From: an uncultured bacterium
Lineage (GTDB): Bacteria; Auribacterota; JAFGBW01
DNA: 64,000 bases
Direction of reading: 5' to 3'
NCBI GenBank assembly: GCA_964443875.1
Contig: CAYUET010000012.1
Coordinates: 12,778 to 76,777, forward strand
Shown piece by piece: positions 8,560 through 18,469 of this stretch (position 1 is its first letter; each line of letters opens with the position of its first letter). The notes under the pieces were generated by a model. The model was not told the origin of the DNA. It saw only the letters and a list, made by a program, of their open reading frames with translations, and did not search any database. The translations under genes were made by a program, and so were the position numbers.

Positions 8560-11500
8560 TTATTTGAATTTTTGTTTTTCCTTATCCTTGATATGGAGCC
8601 AGACGGAATCTTCCCCCGTCAGTTTTTCAATGCTTTGAATGACTTTTTCCGCAGGGCTGATCGAGAATTTCTGAGGCAGTTTTAGAAGAACGGTTTTGCC
8701 TGAGTCCAGATCCAGATCCATAAAGATCCTGCAGGCCCCGGGATTGGACTCAAAGACGGGTATCAGCTTTTCAAAAATTTCGGTTTTTTCAGACTCGGAT
8801 AGACGAATATAGACAGCGGTCGTTAATTCCTCCTGAACCTTGTCGAGAGGAATAATATCGTCTGCGATAAGCCCCGGGTTATCATTGTGGAATTGAAGAG
8901 TCCCCTTAAGATAGATCATGGCCTCCATCTGTAGAAGGTTTTCAAAATGAGAAAAGGTTTTGGGGAATAAAACCGCTTCAATGGTTCCTACCAGATCTTC
9001 GATCTGAATGATGGCCATGGGCTTTCCATCCTTCTGGGTTTTGACATTTTTGATCTGGGTGATGATTCCCCCGATTCTCACAGCCGCACCATCTTTTAAG
9101 GTTGCAAGATCTTTGGTGCTGGCAGAAGAAAAACGTTTCAATACCCTGGAATACTGCCCTAAAGGATGTCCTGAACTATAGAATCCCAGGAGTTCCTTCT
9201 CGTTTTTTAAAAGTTCATGTTCAGGCCAGTTGGGGAAGTTTTCCTTTTTTTTCTGACTGATGTTCTGTTTGGAAGAGGAATCCAGAAGATCCAGGAAGGA
9301 GGCCTGTCCGGCTGCGGAATCTTTCTGGCTGCCTGTTCCAAAGCGGATGATGTCATCAACGATTTCAAAAAGGTAGGCCCGGTTTTTTTCAAGGCTGTCA
9401 AAGGCTCCGGCCTTGATAAGATTTTCAAGGGCTTTTTTGTTGAGGACACGGGTATCCATTCGTTTCGCAAAATCTTCCAGGCTGGTATAAGGCCCTGAAA
9501 GTTTTCTTTTTTCAACAATGACTTTGGCTACGGCGGCGCCCACGTTTTTAATGGCGCCAAGACCGAAGATGATACCCTCTTTATCCACCGTGAAATATTC
9601 ATCCGAATACTGGATGGAGGGCGGCTTCATTTCAACACCGATATTTCTGCATTCCTCGATATAAAAACCAATTTTATCAATGTCATTTTTTTCACTGGTT
9701 AAAAGGGAAGCCATGAATTCTTTGGGGTAGTTGGCTTTGAACCAGGCGGTCTGATAGGCGATCCAGCCATAGGCCACACTGTGGGATTTGTTGAATCCGT
9801 ATCCTGCAAAATATTCCATGGCATCAAAAGTTTTTTCGGCAATATCATGAGGGATATTGAGTTTAGCGCTGCCGGAGATAAATTTATCTCTCTGAAGTTT
9901 CATTTCCTCTTTCTTTTTCTTTCCCATGATTTTTCGGAGGGTGTCTGCTTCAGCCAGACTGAAGTCCCCCATGACCTGGGCGCATTTCATCACCTGTTCC
10001 TGATAAAGCATGATTCCATGAGTTTCCTGAAGGATTTCTTTGAGGCAGGGGTGGAAATATTCGACTTTGACTTTTCCGTGCTTGCGCTGAATGAAATCAT
10101 CCGCCATCTGGAGAGGGCCTGGGCGATAAAGAGCGACCAGGGCGACAATGTCTGCAAAATCTTTAACCTCAAGCCTGCGTATAAGATCTCTCATTCCTGA
10201 ACTTTCAAGCTGGAACACTCCCAGGGTATTTCCCTTGATCAGAAGCTCATAGGTTTTGGGATCATTTATGGGAATGTCGTTCAAATCCTCCAGGATGGGG
10301 GATCCATTTTGTTCATTAGCCATTTTCAACGCCATATCGAGAACGGTCAGGGTTTTAAGTCCCAGAAAGTCCATTTTTAAAAGACCGATTTTTTCACAGG
10401 AAGGGCCGTCAAACTGGGTGATTGTTTCGTTTTCCTGGCCTTTGTAGAGGGGGACTTTTTCAGTCAGGGTCCCTTTTGAAATGATGATTCCGGCGGCATG
10501 GGTAGAAGTGTTGCGGGGAAGCCCCTCCAGTTTTTTGGCGTTATTGAAGAGGGCCTCGATTTCCTTGTCTTCTTCCATGAGGGCTGTAAGCTGGGGTTCT
10601 ATATTGATTGCTTTTTCGAGTGTCATCTTGGGTTCACCGGGAATCAGTTTGGCGATCTGGTCGACTTTGGGGTAGGGCATTCCCATGACCCGGCCCACAT
10701 CGCGGAGGACTGCCCGTGCCGCCAAGGTTCCATAGGTGATGATCTGGGCAACGCAATCCCGTCCATATTTCTGACTGACGTATTCAATGACCTCGGTGCG
10801 GCGGTCATAACAGAAATCCATATCAATATCCGGCATGCTGATACGGGAGGGATTTAAAAAACGTTCAAAAAGGAGATCGTATTTCATGGGGTTGATGCTG
10901 GTGATTCCCAGAAGATAGGCGATGAGGGATCCGGCGGCAGATCCCCTTCCGGGGCCTACCGGGATGTTATTTTTTTTGGAATAATTAACAAAATCCCAGA
11001 CGATTAAAAAGTAGGAGACAAATCCCATCTGTTTAATAATTTTAAATTCATGGGCCAGTCTTTCCTGAATCACCGCGGAATCCGGATCCACTTTTTTCTT
11101 CATTCCTTCACGGCAGAGATCCATGAGATATTCGTCGTGGGTTTTTCCCTCGGGGACAGGATACACAGGCAGGTGGATGGATTTGAAATCCGGTTCAAAG
11201 TTACAGAGTTCTGCGACTTTCAGGGTATTGGATAAAACCTCAGGATAATCCGGAAACAATTCCTGCATCTCTTCATGGCTTTTGTAATGATACTCATTGG
11301 TTTCATAGGTGGGATGGGGATCATTCAGAGTAACCCCCATGGAAATACAGCGGGCAATATCGTGAGCAAAGGAGTCTTCCCGCGAAACATAATGGCAGTC
11401 ATTGGTGGCAACAACATCAACCCCAAGGTCTTTTGCCAGCTGAAGAATTTTAGGAATCAGAATTTTTTCCTGTTTAAGTCCGTGATCCTGAATTTCCAGA

Positions 11501-12024
11501 AAAAAGTGCTCTTTGCCGAAAAGTTCCAGATAAAAACGGCCGAGTTTCTCCGCTTCTTCTGTTCGATTCTGAAGGAGGAGGAAAGCGATTTCTCCGTCCA
11601 TGTTTCCGCTGAGGCACACAAGCCCTTCCGCATGTTTACTAAGCAGATCCTTATCAATGCGGGGTTTAACAAAAAAACCTTCAAACTGGGCTGAAGTGAT
11701 CATTTTGCTTAAATTACGGTAACCCGTGTCATTTCTGACCAGAAGAACCAGATTAAAGGATTCATTAGGAAGGCGGGAAGGGGTTCGGTCGTTCATACTT
11801 TTAGGGGCAACATGGACTTCCGCTCCCAGAATTGGTTTTATTCCCCTGGGTTTGCATTGACTGAAAAAAGGAACCATTCCGAAAAAAACGGAGTCATCTG
11901 TCATGGCAACAGCAGGCATATTATACTCAACCGTTTTGGCAATCAGATCTTCGAGACGGATGGTGCTTTCCAGAATGCTGTATTCTGTATGGACATGTAA
12001 ATGAACAAATTTAGTGTGTTTCAT
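8560..12024 (-). CDS. dnaE: DNA polymerase III alpha subunit
   Basis: The N-terminal PHP domain (VHLHVHTEYSILESTIRLEDL) is unmistakable. 1154 aa. Pol III core, fingers/OB regions and a C-terminal OB fold are present. Confidence 0.95.
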   Translation of the reverse strand: MKHTKFVHLHVHTEYSILESTIRLEDLIAKTVEYNMPAVAMTDDSVFFGMVPFFSQCKPRGIKPILGAEVHVAPKSMNDRTPSRLPNESFNLVLLVRNDTGYRNLSKMITSAQFEGFFVKPRIDKDLLSKHAEGLVCLSGNMDGEIAFLLLQNRTEEAEKLGRFYLELFGKEHFFLEIQDHGLKQEKILIPKILQLAKDLGVDVVATNDCHYVSREDSFAHDIARCISMGVTLNDPHPTYETNEYHYKSHEEMQELFPDYPEVLSNTLKVAELCNFEPDFKSIHLPVYPVPEGKTHDEYLMDLCREGMKKKVDPDSAVIQERLAHEFKIIKQMGFVSYFLIVWDFVNYSKKNNIPVGPGRGSAAGSLIAYLLGITSINPMKYDLLFERFLNPSRISMPDIDMDFCYDRRTEVIEYVSQKYGRDCVAQIITYGTLAARAVLRDVGRVMGMPYPKVDQIAKLIPGEPKMTLEKAINIEPQLTALMEEDKEIEALFNNAKKLEGLPRNTSTHAAGIIISKGTLTEKVPLYKGQENETITQFDGPSCEKIGLLKMDFLGLKTLTVLDMALKMANEQNGSPILEDLNDIPINDPKTYELLIKGNTLGVFQLESSGMRDLIRRLEVKDFADIVALVALYRPGPLQMADDFIQRKHGKVKVEYFHPCLKEILQETHGIMLYQEQVMKCAQVMGDFSLAEADTLRKIMGKKKKEEMKLQRDKFISGSAKLNIPHDIAEKTFDAMEYFAGYGFNKSHSVAYGWIAYQTAWFKANYPKEFMASLLTSEKNDIDKIGFYIEECRNIGVEMKPPSIQYSDEYFTVDKEGIIFGLGAIKNVGAAVAKVIVEKRKLSGPYTSLEDFAKRMDTRVLNKKALENLIKAGAFDSLEKNRAYLFEIVDDIIRFGTGSQKDSAAGQASFLDLLDSSSKQNISQKKKENFPNWPEHELLKNEKELLGFYSSGHPLGQYSRVLKRFSSASTKDLATLKDGAAVRIGGIITQIKNVKTQKDGKPMAIIQIEDLVGTIEAVLFPKTFSHFENLLQMEAMIYLKGTLQFHNDNPGLIADDIIPLDKVQEELTTAVYIRLSESEKTEIFEKLIPVFESNPGACRIFMDLDLDSGKTVLLKLPQKFSISPAEKVIQSIEKLTGEDSVWLHIKDKEKQKFK

Positions 12025-12302
12025 AGATAATATTTAACATACAAACCCGCAGGTTGCATGAAAATAATATTAATTTTCACGAAGACTTAATATTATCTTT
12101 CTCCTTTAATAAATTTTTTGGAATATTGCCTGTATCCCATAATTTTTTATCAGTAAACATGTTTTTTGCGGATTATGATTTAACTGTCGAAACAGGAAGT
12201 GATAACAAATTTGAAAGTCAGGGTGAAATCTCTAAAAAATGGTGGATTAATTTGGATGAATCCAATAGATTCTTCCGGTATAACCTAAAGAAAGGATTAC
12301 TT

Positions 12303-13841
12303 ATGCTTTCCTACTGCCGTTCCGCCTCGCTTTCGGGAATAGACGCCTATGAAGTTCAGATTGAATTTGATGTTGGGGGCGGATTACCGGCAATCATTAT
12401 TGTGGGGCTTCCGGATGCAGCGGTAAAAGAATCCAAAGACAGGGTGCGTTCGGCCATCAATAATTCCGGGTTTGAATTTCCGGAAAAAAGAATCACTATC
12501 AACCTTGCTCCGGCAGACACTAAAAAAGAAGGCCCGGCCTTTGATCTTCCCATTGCCCTGGGGATACTTTCAGCCAATGAAGTTTTTCCCTCTTCGCTGA
12601 TGGACCTCTATATCTTTATCGGTGAACTTTCCCTTGATGGAGGGGTTCGGCCTGTGAAAGGGATTCTTCCCATTGCAGCGGATATTCTGAAAAAGGGACA
12701 CAAACACCTTATCCTTCCCAAAGAGAATGCCCTGGAAGCTGCGGTTGTGGAAGGGCTTCATGTCTATCCTGTTTCATCTCTTCCTGAATGTATTGCCTTT
12801 CTCAAGGGGGAACACAAGATCGAACCCTGTAAAGTTAACATTGAAACTTTGTTTGAGGAACAGCTCCGTAATGATACGGTTGATTTTTATGATGTCAAAG
12901 GTCAGTACAAAGTTCGCAGGGCTATAGAAATTGCGGTTGCAGGAGGTCATAATATTCTGATGATCGGCCCTCCGGGTTCTGGAAAAACCATGCTGGCCAA
13001 ACGTATTCCCACTATTATTCCTCGGATGACGCTTGAAGAAAGCCTTGAGGTTTCAAAGATACATTCCGTGGTTTTCGGTCTTTCCAAGGAGAAAAACGGC
13101 ATCATTGCCACCCGGCCATACAGAAGCCCTCATCACACGATTTCCAATTCTGCGCTGATTGGTGGGGGGGCAGATCCGAAACCCGGCGAGGTAAGTCTTT
13201 CCCATAATGGGGTGCTCTTTCTGGATGAGCTTCCTGAATTCAGGCGGGATGTTCTGGAGGTGCTTCGGGAACCCCTGGAAGAGGGTGTTGTAACCATAAG
13301 CCGGGCGGCGGGACGCCTGACCCTGCCTTCCAACTTTATGTTGGTTGCCGCGATGAATCCCTGTCCCTGCGGCTTTTTCGGAGACCCGAAAAAACAGTGC
13401 AAATGTTCGCCTCTGCAGATTCAGAAATATCGCTCCAAGATTTCCGGGCCTCTTCTGGACCGTATTGATCTTCATGTGGAAGTTCCGGCCGTTCAGTATG
13501 AGGAATTTAAATCCAAAGAATTGGGGGAAACCTCAGCACAGATCCGGGAAAGGGTGGAAAAAGCCCGGCAGATTCAGAGAACACGTTTCAGAGGGCTTAA
13601 TATTTTTAACAATGCGGATATGGCGCACCGGCATCTGAAAAAATTCTGCGAGGTGGATGGGGATTCCGAGACGCTCCTTAAAAATGCCTTTGAGGAGCTG
13701 AATATTTCCGCCCGTGCTCATGACCGCATCGTAAAGGTGTCGCGTACCATTGCGGATCTTTCCGGAGAAGAGCAGATCAAAGCCATTCATATTGCGGAAG
13801 CAATTAATCTGCGGGCTTTAGATCGCACTTATGTGAGTTGA
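12303..13841 (+). CDS. yifB: YifB/ComM-family Mg-chelatase-like AAA+ ATPase
   Basis: [48 protein letters not shown] (Lon-like N-domain), Walker [11 protein letters not shown] and Mg-chelatase ChlI-like motifs. The track ORF starts at 12054, but the conserved start is the ATG at 12303. Confidence 0.85.
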   Translation: MLSYCRSASLSGIDAYEVQIEFDVGGGLPAIIIVGLPDAAVKESKDRVRSAINNSGFEFPEKRITINLAPADTKKEGPAFDLPIALGILSANEVFPSSLMDLYIFIGELSLDGGVRPVKGILPIAADILKKGHKHLILPKENALEAAVVEGLHVYPVSSLPECIAFLKGEHKIEPCKVNIETLFEEQLRNDTVDFYDVKGQYKVRRAIEIAVAGGHNILMIGPPGSGKTMLAKRIPTIIPRMTLEESLEVSKIHSVVFGLSKEKNGIIATRPYRSPHHTISNSALIGGGADPKPGEVSLSHNGVLFLDELPEFRRDVLEVLREPLEEGVVTISRAAGRLTLPSNFMLVAAMNPCPCGFFGDPKKQCKCSPLQIQKYRSKISGPLLDRIDLHVEVPAVQYEEFKSKELGETSAQIRERVEKARQIQRTRFRGLNIFNNADMAHRHLKKFCEVDGDSETLLKNAFEELNISARAHDRIVKVSRTIADLSGEEQIKAIHIAEAINLRALDRTYVS

Positions 13842-13842
13842 T

Positions 13843-16578
13843 ATGGCACTTGTTTTCATCTTTGATCTTTCTCATACTCTGAAAAAACGTCAGTTTACCC
13901 TTCTTTTGAGCGAACGCCTGAGAAACGGTGATCGCTGGGTGCCTTCAGGGCCTAAGCGGGTTTATTATGCCCAGGATCTGGAAGCGCTCAAGAGCCAGGC
14001 CGCAGATCTTTCTCTTTTAAAAAAAGCCCTTCAAAGTGAACTGGATCTCCGTAAAAAAGAAGGACGTTTTTTTTCTACATCCGATGAGATGACTGTTTTG
14101 CGTATTCATCCGGACATCCTGCCTCTTTTTATCAAGGACTGTCAGAAAAAAGGGATACTCTGCTTTCCTGACGGGGAGAAAACAAATTTTGCTATTTCTA
14201 TCCCAGTGAAACCAGTTTTAAAATTTGAAAGAAAGAATCAGAACCGGATCGCCTCTCTTTGGATCGATTCCGTTCCTTATCCGCAGATTCAGCTTTTTAT
14301 CCCGTCTCTTCCTGTGCTGGCCTATGGAAACGGAAAAATGGCTGCCCTTCCTGAAAAAATCACCCTTTCTTTTCTGGAATCCATCCCCCAAAACAAGGAA
14401 ATTTCTCAGACCGAGTATGATGCGTTGATGAACCGGCTGGCGGCTTTCAGGTCCTGCCTGACTATTGATGAACCTGAAGAAAAAAAGAAAATCTTTTTAA
14501 ATTTTCCTCCCGGGAGCCCGGTACTGGATATCCGTGAAAATTTTCAGTGCGCCATGCTTTTTGTGGATTATCCTCAGGGCATCCGCATCCGTGCCCTCGA
14601 CAGCACTAATCCTGTTTTTTATTCTGAAAAAAATACAGAACTTCTCCGAAATATGGAGGAGGAAAAAACCTACTTCAATGTACTCAAAAAATCAGGGGCC
14701 GTTTTTCAGGGAACAGTCGAAACTGAATGGTATTTGCCTTCCACCCGTCTTTATAAAATCCTGGAAGAGCTTGAGAATGAAGGCTGGCTTCTGGAGGTGA
14801 AGGGGAAATGGCTTCAGACCCGTGCAAGCATCCGCTTCAATGTGTCTGTGGATAAAAATGGCATCCGTGTAAGCGGCTATATTGAGAGTGCCAAAAAGAA
14901 AGCGGGCCTGGAAAGCGTGATGGATTCTCTTACTAAAAATCTGAGTTACTGCGACGTAGACGGCGAAACCCTGTGCCTGATTCCCAGAGAGAGCATCACG
15001 GAACTTAAAGTTCTTCTTGAAAGAGGGGAAAGGGTGGGAGGGAATATTCTTTTTAAGGAAACCGAGTTCCCTGTGGTTTCCCGGTTTGTAAGCCGCAATC
15101 AGACTGCGGAAACAGATTCAGGATTTAAGGCCCTGTGCCGTTTCGAAGAAGATTATGAGGGAATTCAGGCTGTTCCGGTTCCAAAAGAAATGGAGGAGAT
15201 TTTAAGACCCTATCAAAAGCAGGGCTTTTACTGGCTTGCCTCTCTTCAGAAACATGAAACCTTTAATGGTTTTCTTGCCGATGATATGGGGCTTGGAAAA
15301 ACCATACAGGTTCTGACTCTGCTGTTAAGTCTTTATGAAGACGAAACCCCGAACCCGCCGTCGCTTCTGGTTGTCCCTACAACGCTGATCTTCAACTGGG
15401 AGCTGGAGATTTCCAGGTTTGCAAATCGCCTGAAGTATAAGATTCATGCCGGAAAGGAAAGGGAAGAGACCCTTGATCCCGGGGGTTTTCATCTGGTTAT
15501 CACCTCCTATGCCATTCTGAGACGGGATGTTGAACTGTTTAAAGAAACCGGATGGAATTATCTGATCCTGGATGAGGCTCAGGCCGTTAAAAACCCGGAA
15601 GCCCAGATTACCCAGGCAGTGAAATCCATTTCCTCCTTAAACCGGCTTTCCCTTTCAGGCACTCCGGTTGAAAATTCCCCCCTGGATTTATGGAGTCATT
15701 TTGATTTTTTGATGCCCGGATTTTTAGGTCCTTTAAAAGAGTTTTCCTCGCGTTTCAGTCAGGGAAACAAGGAACTGCTCAAGGAATTATCTTTGAGGAC
15801 AAAGCCTTTTATTTTAAGGCGTCTGAAAAGTCAGGTCTGCACCGAACTTCCTCCCAAAACAGAAATCACCCTGTATTGCAAATGGAAAGAGGATCAAAGA
15901 GAAGCCTATGAGGCCGCTCTTGCTTCGGGTAAGAAAAAACTGAAACAGATTCAAAGTGATGAAGGGGTTAAAAATAAAACCTTTCATATTCTGGAAGTCA
16001 TTTTACGTTTAAGACAGATTGCCTGTCATCCGGCCCTGGCCTGTGCGCCCAGAGACGTCCCCTGGCAGAGCGGAAAGCTTGATCAGATTCTTTACACCGC
16101 AGATGAAATTCTTTCCGAAGGACATAAGATTCTTATATTTTCACAGTTTGCCGGGCATTTGAAGCAGGTGAGGAAGGCTTTTCATGAGAAGGGATTTGTA
16201 ACCTACTATCTTGACGGAGAGACCAGAGACCGGGGCGATGTTGTCAAAGCGTTTACAGGGGAAGAACGGGCCTGTGCATTTTTTCTTACACTTAAAGCCG
16301 GCGGGTTCGGACTTAATCTGACAGAGGCCAGTTATGTTTTTCTTCTGGATCCCTGGTGGAACCCCTTCGTGGAGAGTCAGGCCATAGACCGCTCCTACCG
16401 TATCGGACAGACTCAGCCTGTAACCGTCTACCGTTTTATTACCCGCAGTTCCATTGAAGAAAAGGTGATGAAGCTTCAGGAAAGCAAAAAGGCTGTGGAA
16501 AAAATTCTGATCCAGGAAGCCGATATGGATTCTGTCCCTCTGACCGAGGAAATGCTGGAGAATTTGCTGGGGGATTAG
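13843..16578 (+). CDS. SNF2-family helicase (SNF2_N + helicase-C) with a ~450-aa uncharacterised N-terminal extension
   Basis: [12 protein letters not shown] (motif I), DEAQ box ([11 protein letters not shown]) and helicase-C motifs ([29 protein letters not shown]...[11 protein letters not shown]). Confidence 0.8.
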   Translation: [911 protein letters not shown]

Positions 16579-16747
16579 CCTGAATTTTGATGATACTTTA
16601 AATATTCAGGATACAAGGCTTGTTATCTGTGTAAGCTTGTTTTGACTGCGTCAAACAGGCATTACTTTTCGAATATTTGAGGTTTATGAGCAAAATTCGG
16701 GCAAAATATTTTTAAGTCCTGTGCGGGTTAAAAAATTTAATGTTTTT

Positions 16748-17353
16748 TCAGTAGTTATATTGTTTCGGCTGTGAAAGAAATACAGTCAGAAAAAAAAGAT
16801 ACCAGAGAAGTTCAAATCCTTCCGGAAAAGTATCGCTGACAATAAAACTTGACTGATGGATGGCAAAGAGGAGGAATGTTAGAATTCCTTTTTCAGTATT
16901 ACAGGAGGGGATCCAACGGGAAATCAGTCTTTTTATAATGTTTCTGTCATTTAAAAAAGAAATAACTGCCCAATATAGAAGAAATTCGTTCATCCAGGCT
17001 TCCATGGTTCCATCATGAATATTATGCAGATTTATTTCTCTGGAATCATTGTATTGTAGAAAAAAATCAGAGGGAGTAAATCCCAGCAGTCTTTGACCAT
17101 AACTTGTTTCTTCCAAAATAAGGAAGAGGCATCCAAATCCGGCAAGTATTGAAAATAAACGGTATCTGAACCAGGACATTTTTCTGATATTCATAAAACT
17201 TACAAAACAGCAGCACGATAAAAAAAATACCTGGAGATTTTCAATGAGGTGATCTTCTAAAAAGAAGTCAGGAAACCAGACATAGAGGTATAGTAGCAGA
17301 TCTGATGCCCCCAAAAATAATAGTGTCAGATATGGAAAAGATTTAAGGTTCAT
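16748..17353 (-). CDS. hypothetical polytopic membrane protein
   Basis: 201 aa with ~5 hydrophobic helices and no recognised motif. Divergent from the epimerase gene. Confidence 0.35.
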   Translation of the reverse strand: MNLKSFPYLTLLFLGASDLLLYLYVWFPDFFLEDHLIENLQVFFLSCCCFVSFMNIRKMSWFRYRLFSILAGFGCLFLILEETSYGQRLLGFTPSDFFLQYNDSREINLHNIHDGTMEAWMNEFLLYWAVISFLNDRNIIKRLISRWIPSCNTEKGILTFLLFAIHQSSFIVSDTFPEGFELLWYLFFLTVFLSQPKQYNY

Positions 17354-17510
17354 ACAAAATATACATTATTTTAAGTTTTGATTTGTTTAAAGGTTATTTT
17401 TTACATAAATACAACTATTAACAAAATGTCTGTTTCCAATGGTCTTTTTAATTGTTTTCTGATATCAATGAATCAGGAAAAGAAAATATTTATTCACAAG
17501 GAGATTTCTC

Positions 17511-18467
17511 ATGAGAATACTTGTTGCCGGCGGGGCGGGTTTTGTTGGTTCAGCACTGATTCCAAAGCTTCTGGACAGGGGGTATGCTGTTGATGTGATT
17601 GACCTTTTCTGGTTCGGAAATAACCTGCCTAAAGAGGTGCGTGTTCTCACGAAGGATATTTTTCATGTCACTGAGGAAGATCTTTCCGGATATCAGCAGG
17701 TTGTTTTTCTGGCAGGGCTTTCCAATGATCCCATGGCAGAATTTTCTCCTGCTAAAAATTTTATCTACAACGCCGCCATGCCTGCCTATCTTGCCTATAT
17801 TGCTAAAAAAGCCGGGATCCGTCGTTTTATCTACGCGGGTTCCTGTTCCGTTTACGGTTATACCGAAAATAAGCTTTACGATGAGGAGGCCCCTGCTGTT
17901 TCCAATTATCCCTACGGCATCTCAAAACTCCAGGGGGAGCGTGCGGTAATGCAGATGGTGGATTCCCAGTTTTCCGTGATCTGTCTGCGCAAGGGAACTG
18001 TTTGCGGCTACAGTCCGAGAATGAGGCTGGATCTGGTTGTGAATACCATGTTTAAAACAGCCTTTTCTGAAAAAGTGATCCGGGTCAATAACCCCTCCAT
18101 CTGGCGTCCGGTTTTAAGCATGCAGGATGCGGTCAGTGCCTACACCCGTGCCATTGAAAGCCATGAGAATATTTCCGGAATTTTCAATGTTTCCTCGGGT
18201 AATTTTACAGTCGGGGAAATGGCGGATATTGTAAAGACCGTAATGGAAGAGGAAATGAAAATTTCCGTTCACCTGGAGATCAAGCACAACAAAGATCTTC
18301 GGAATTACAAGGTAAGTATTGAACGGGCAAAAAATATTTTAAGCTTTAAACCCAGGAATGAAATTGAAGACATTGTCCGCGACCTGATCCAGAACCATGA
18401 GAAATTCAGGGATTTCGAAAATAAAAAATATTATAATATCCAGGTTTTTAAGGAATTACAGCCCTGA
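17511..18467 (+). CDS. NAD-dependent epimerase/dehydratase family protein (short-chain dehydrogenase/reductase, extended)
   Basis: Rossmann motif ILVAGGAGFVGS at the N-terminus and an SxnYxxxK-type catalytic region (YGISKLQGE). 318 aa. Confidence 0.75.
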   Translation: MRILVAGGAGFVGSALIPKLLDRGYAVDVIDLFWFGNNLPKEVRVLTKDIFHVTEEDLSGYQQVVFLAGLSNDPMAEFSPAKNFIYNAAMPAYLAYIAKKAGIRRFIYAGSCSVYGYTENKLYDEEAPAVSNYPYGISKLQGERAVMQMVDSQFSVICLRKGTVCGYSPRMRLDLVVNTMFKTAFSEKVIRVNNPSIWRPVLSMQDAVSAYTRAIESHENISGIFNVSSGNFTVGEMADIVKTVMEEEMKISVHLEIKHNKDLRNYKVSIERAKNILSFKPRNEIEDIVRDLIQNHEKFRDFENKKYYNIQVFKELQP

Positions 18468-18469
18468 AT

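Noticed and set aside
9207-11694. Numerous 60-140-aa ORFs antisense to or overlapping dnaE
   Set aside because: These are shadow ORFs inside a 1154-aa conserved gene. None has a motif or a plausible RBS.
12054-12302. N-terminal 83-codon extension of the yifB ORF
   Set aside because: The extension is AT-rich and non-conserved-looking. The YifB family begins at MLSYCRS (ATG 12303). The region is the dnaE/yifB divergent promoter.
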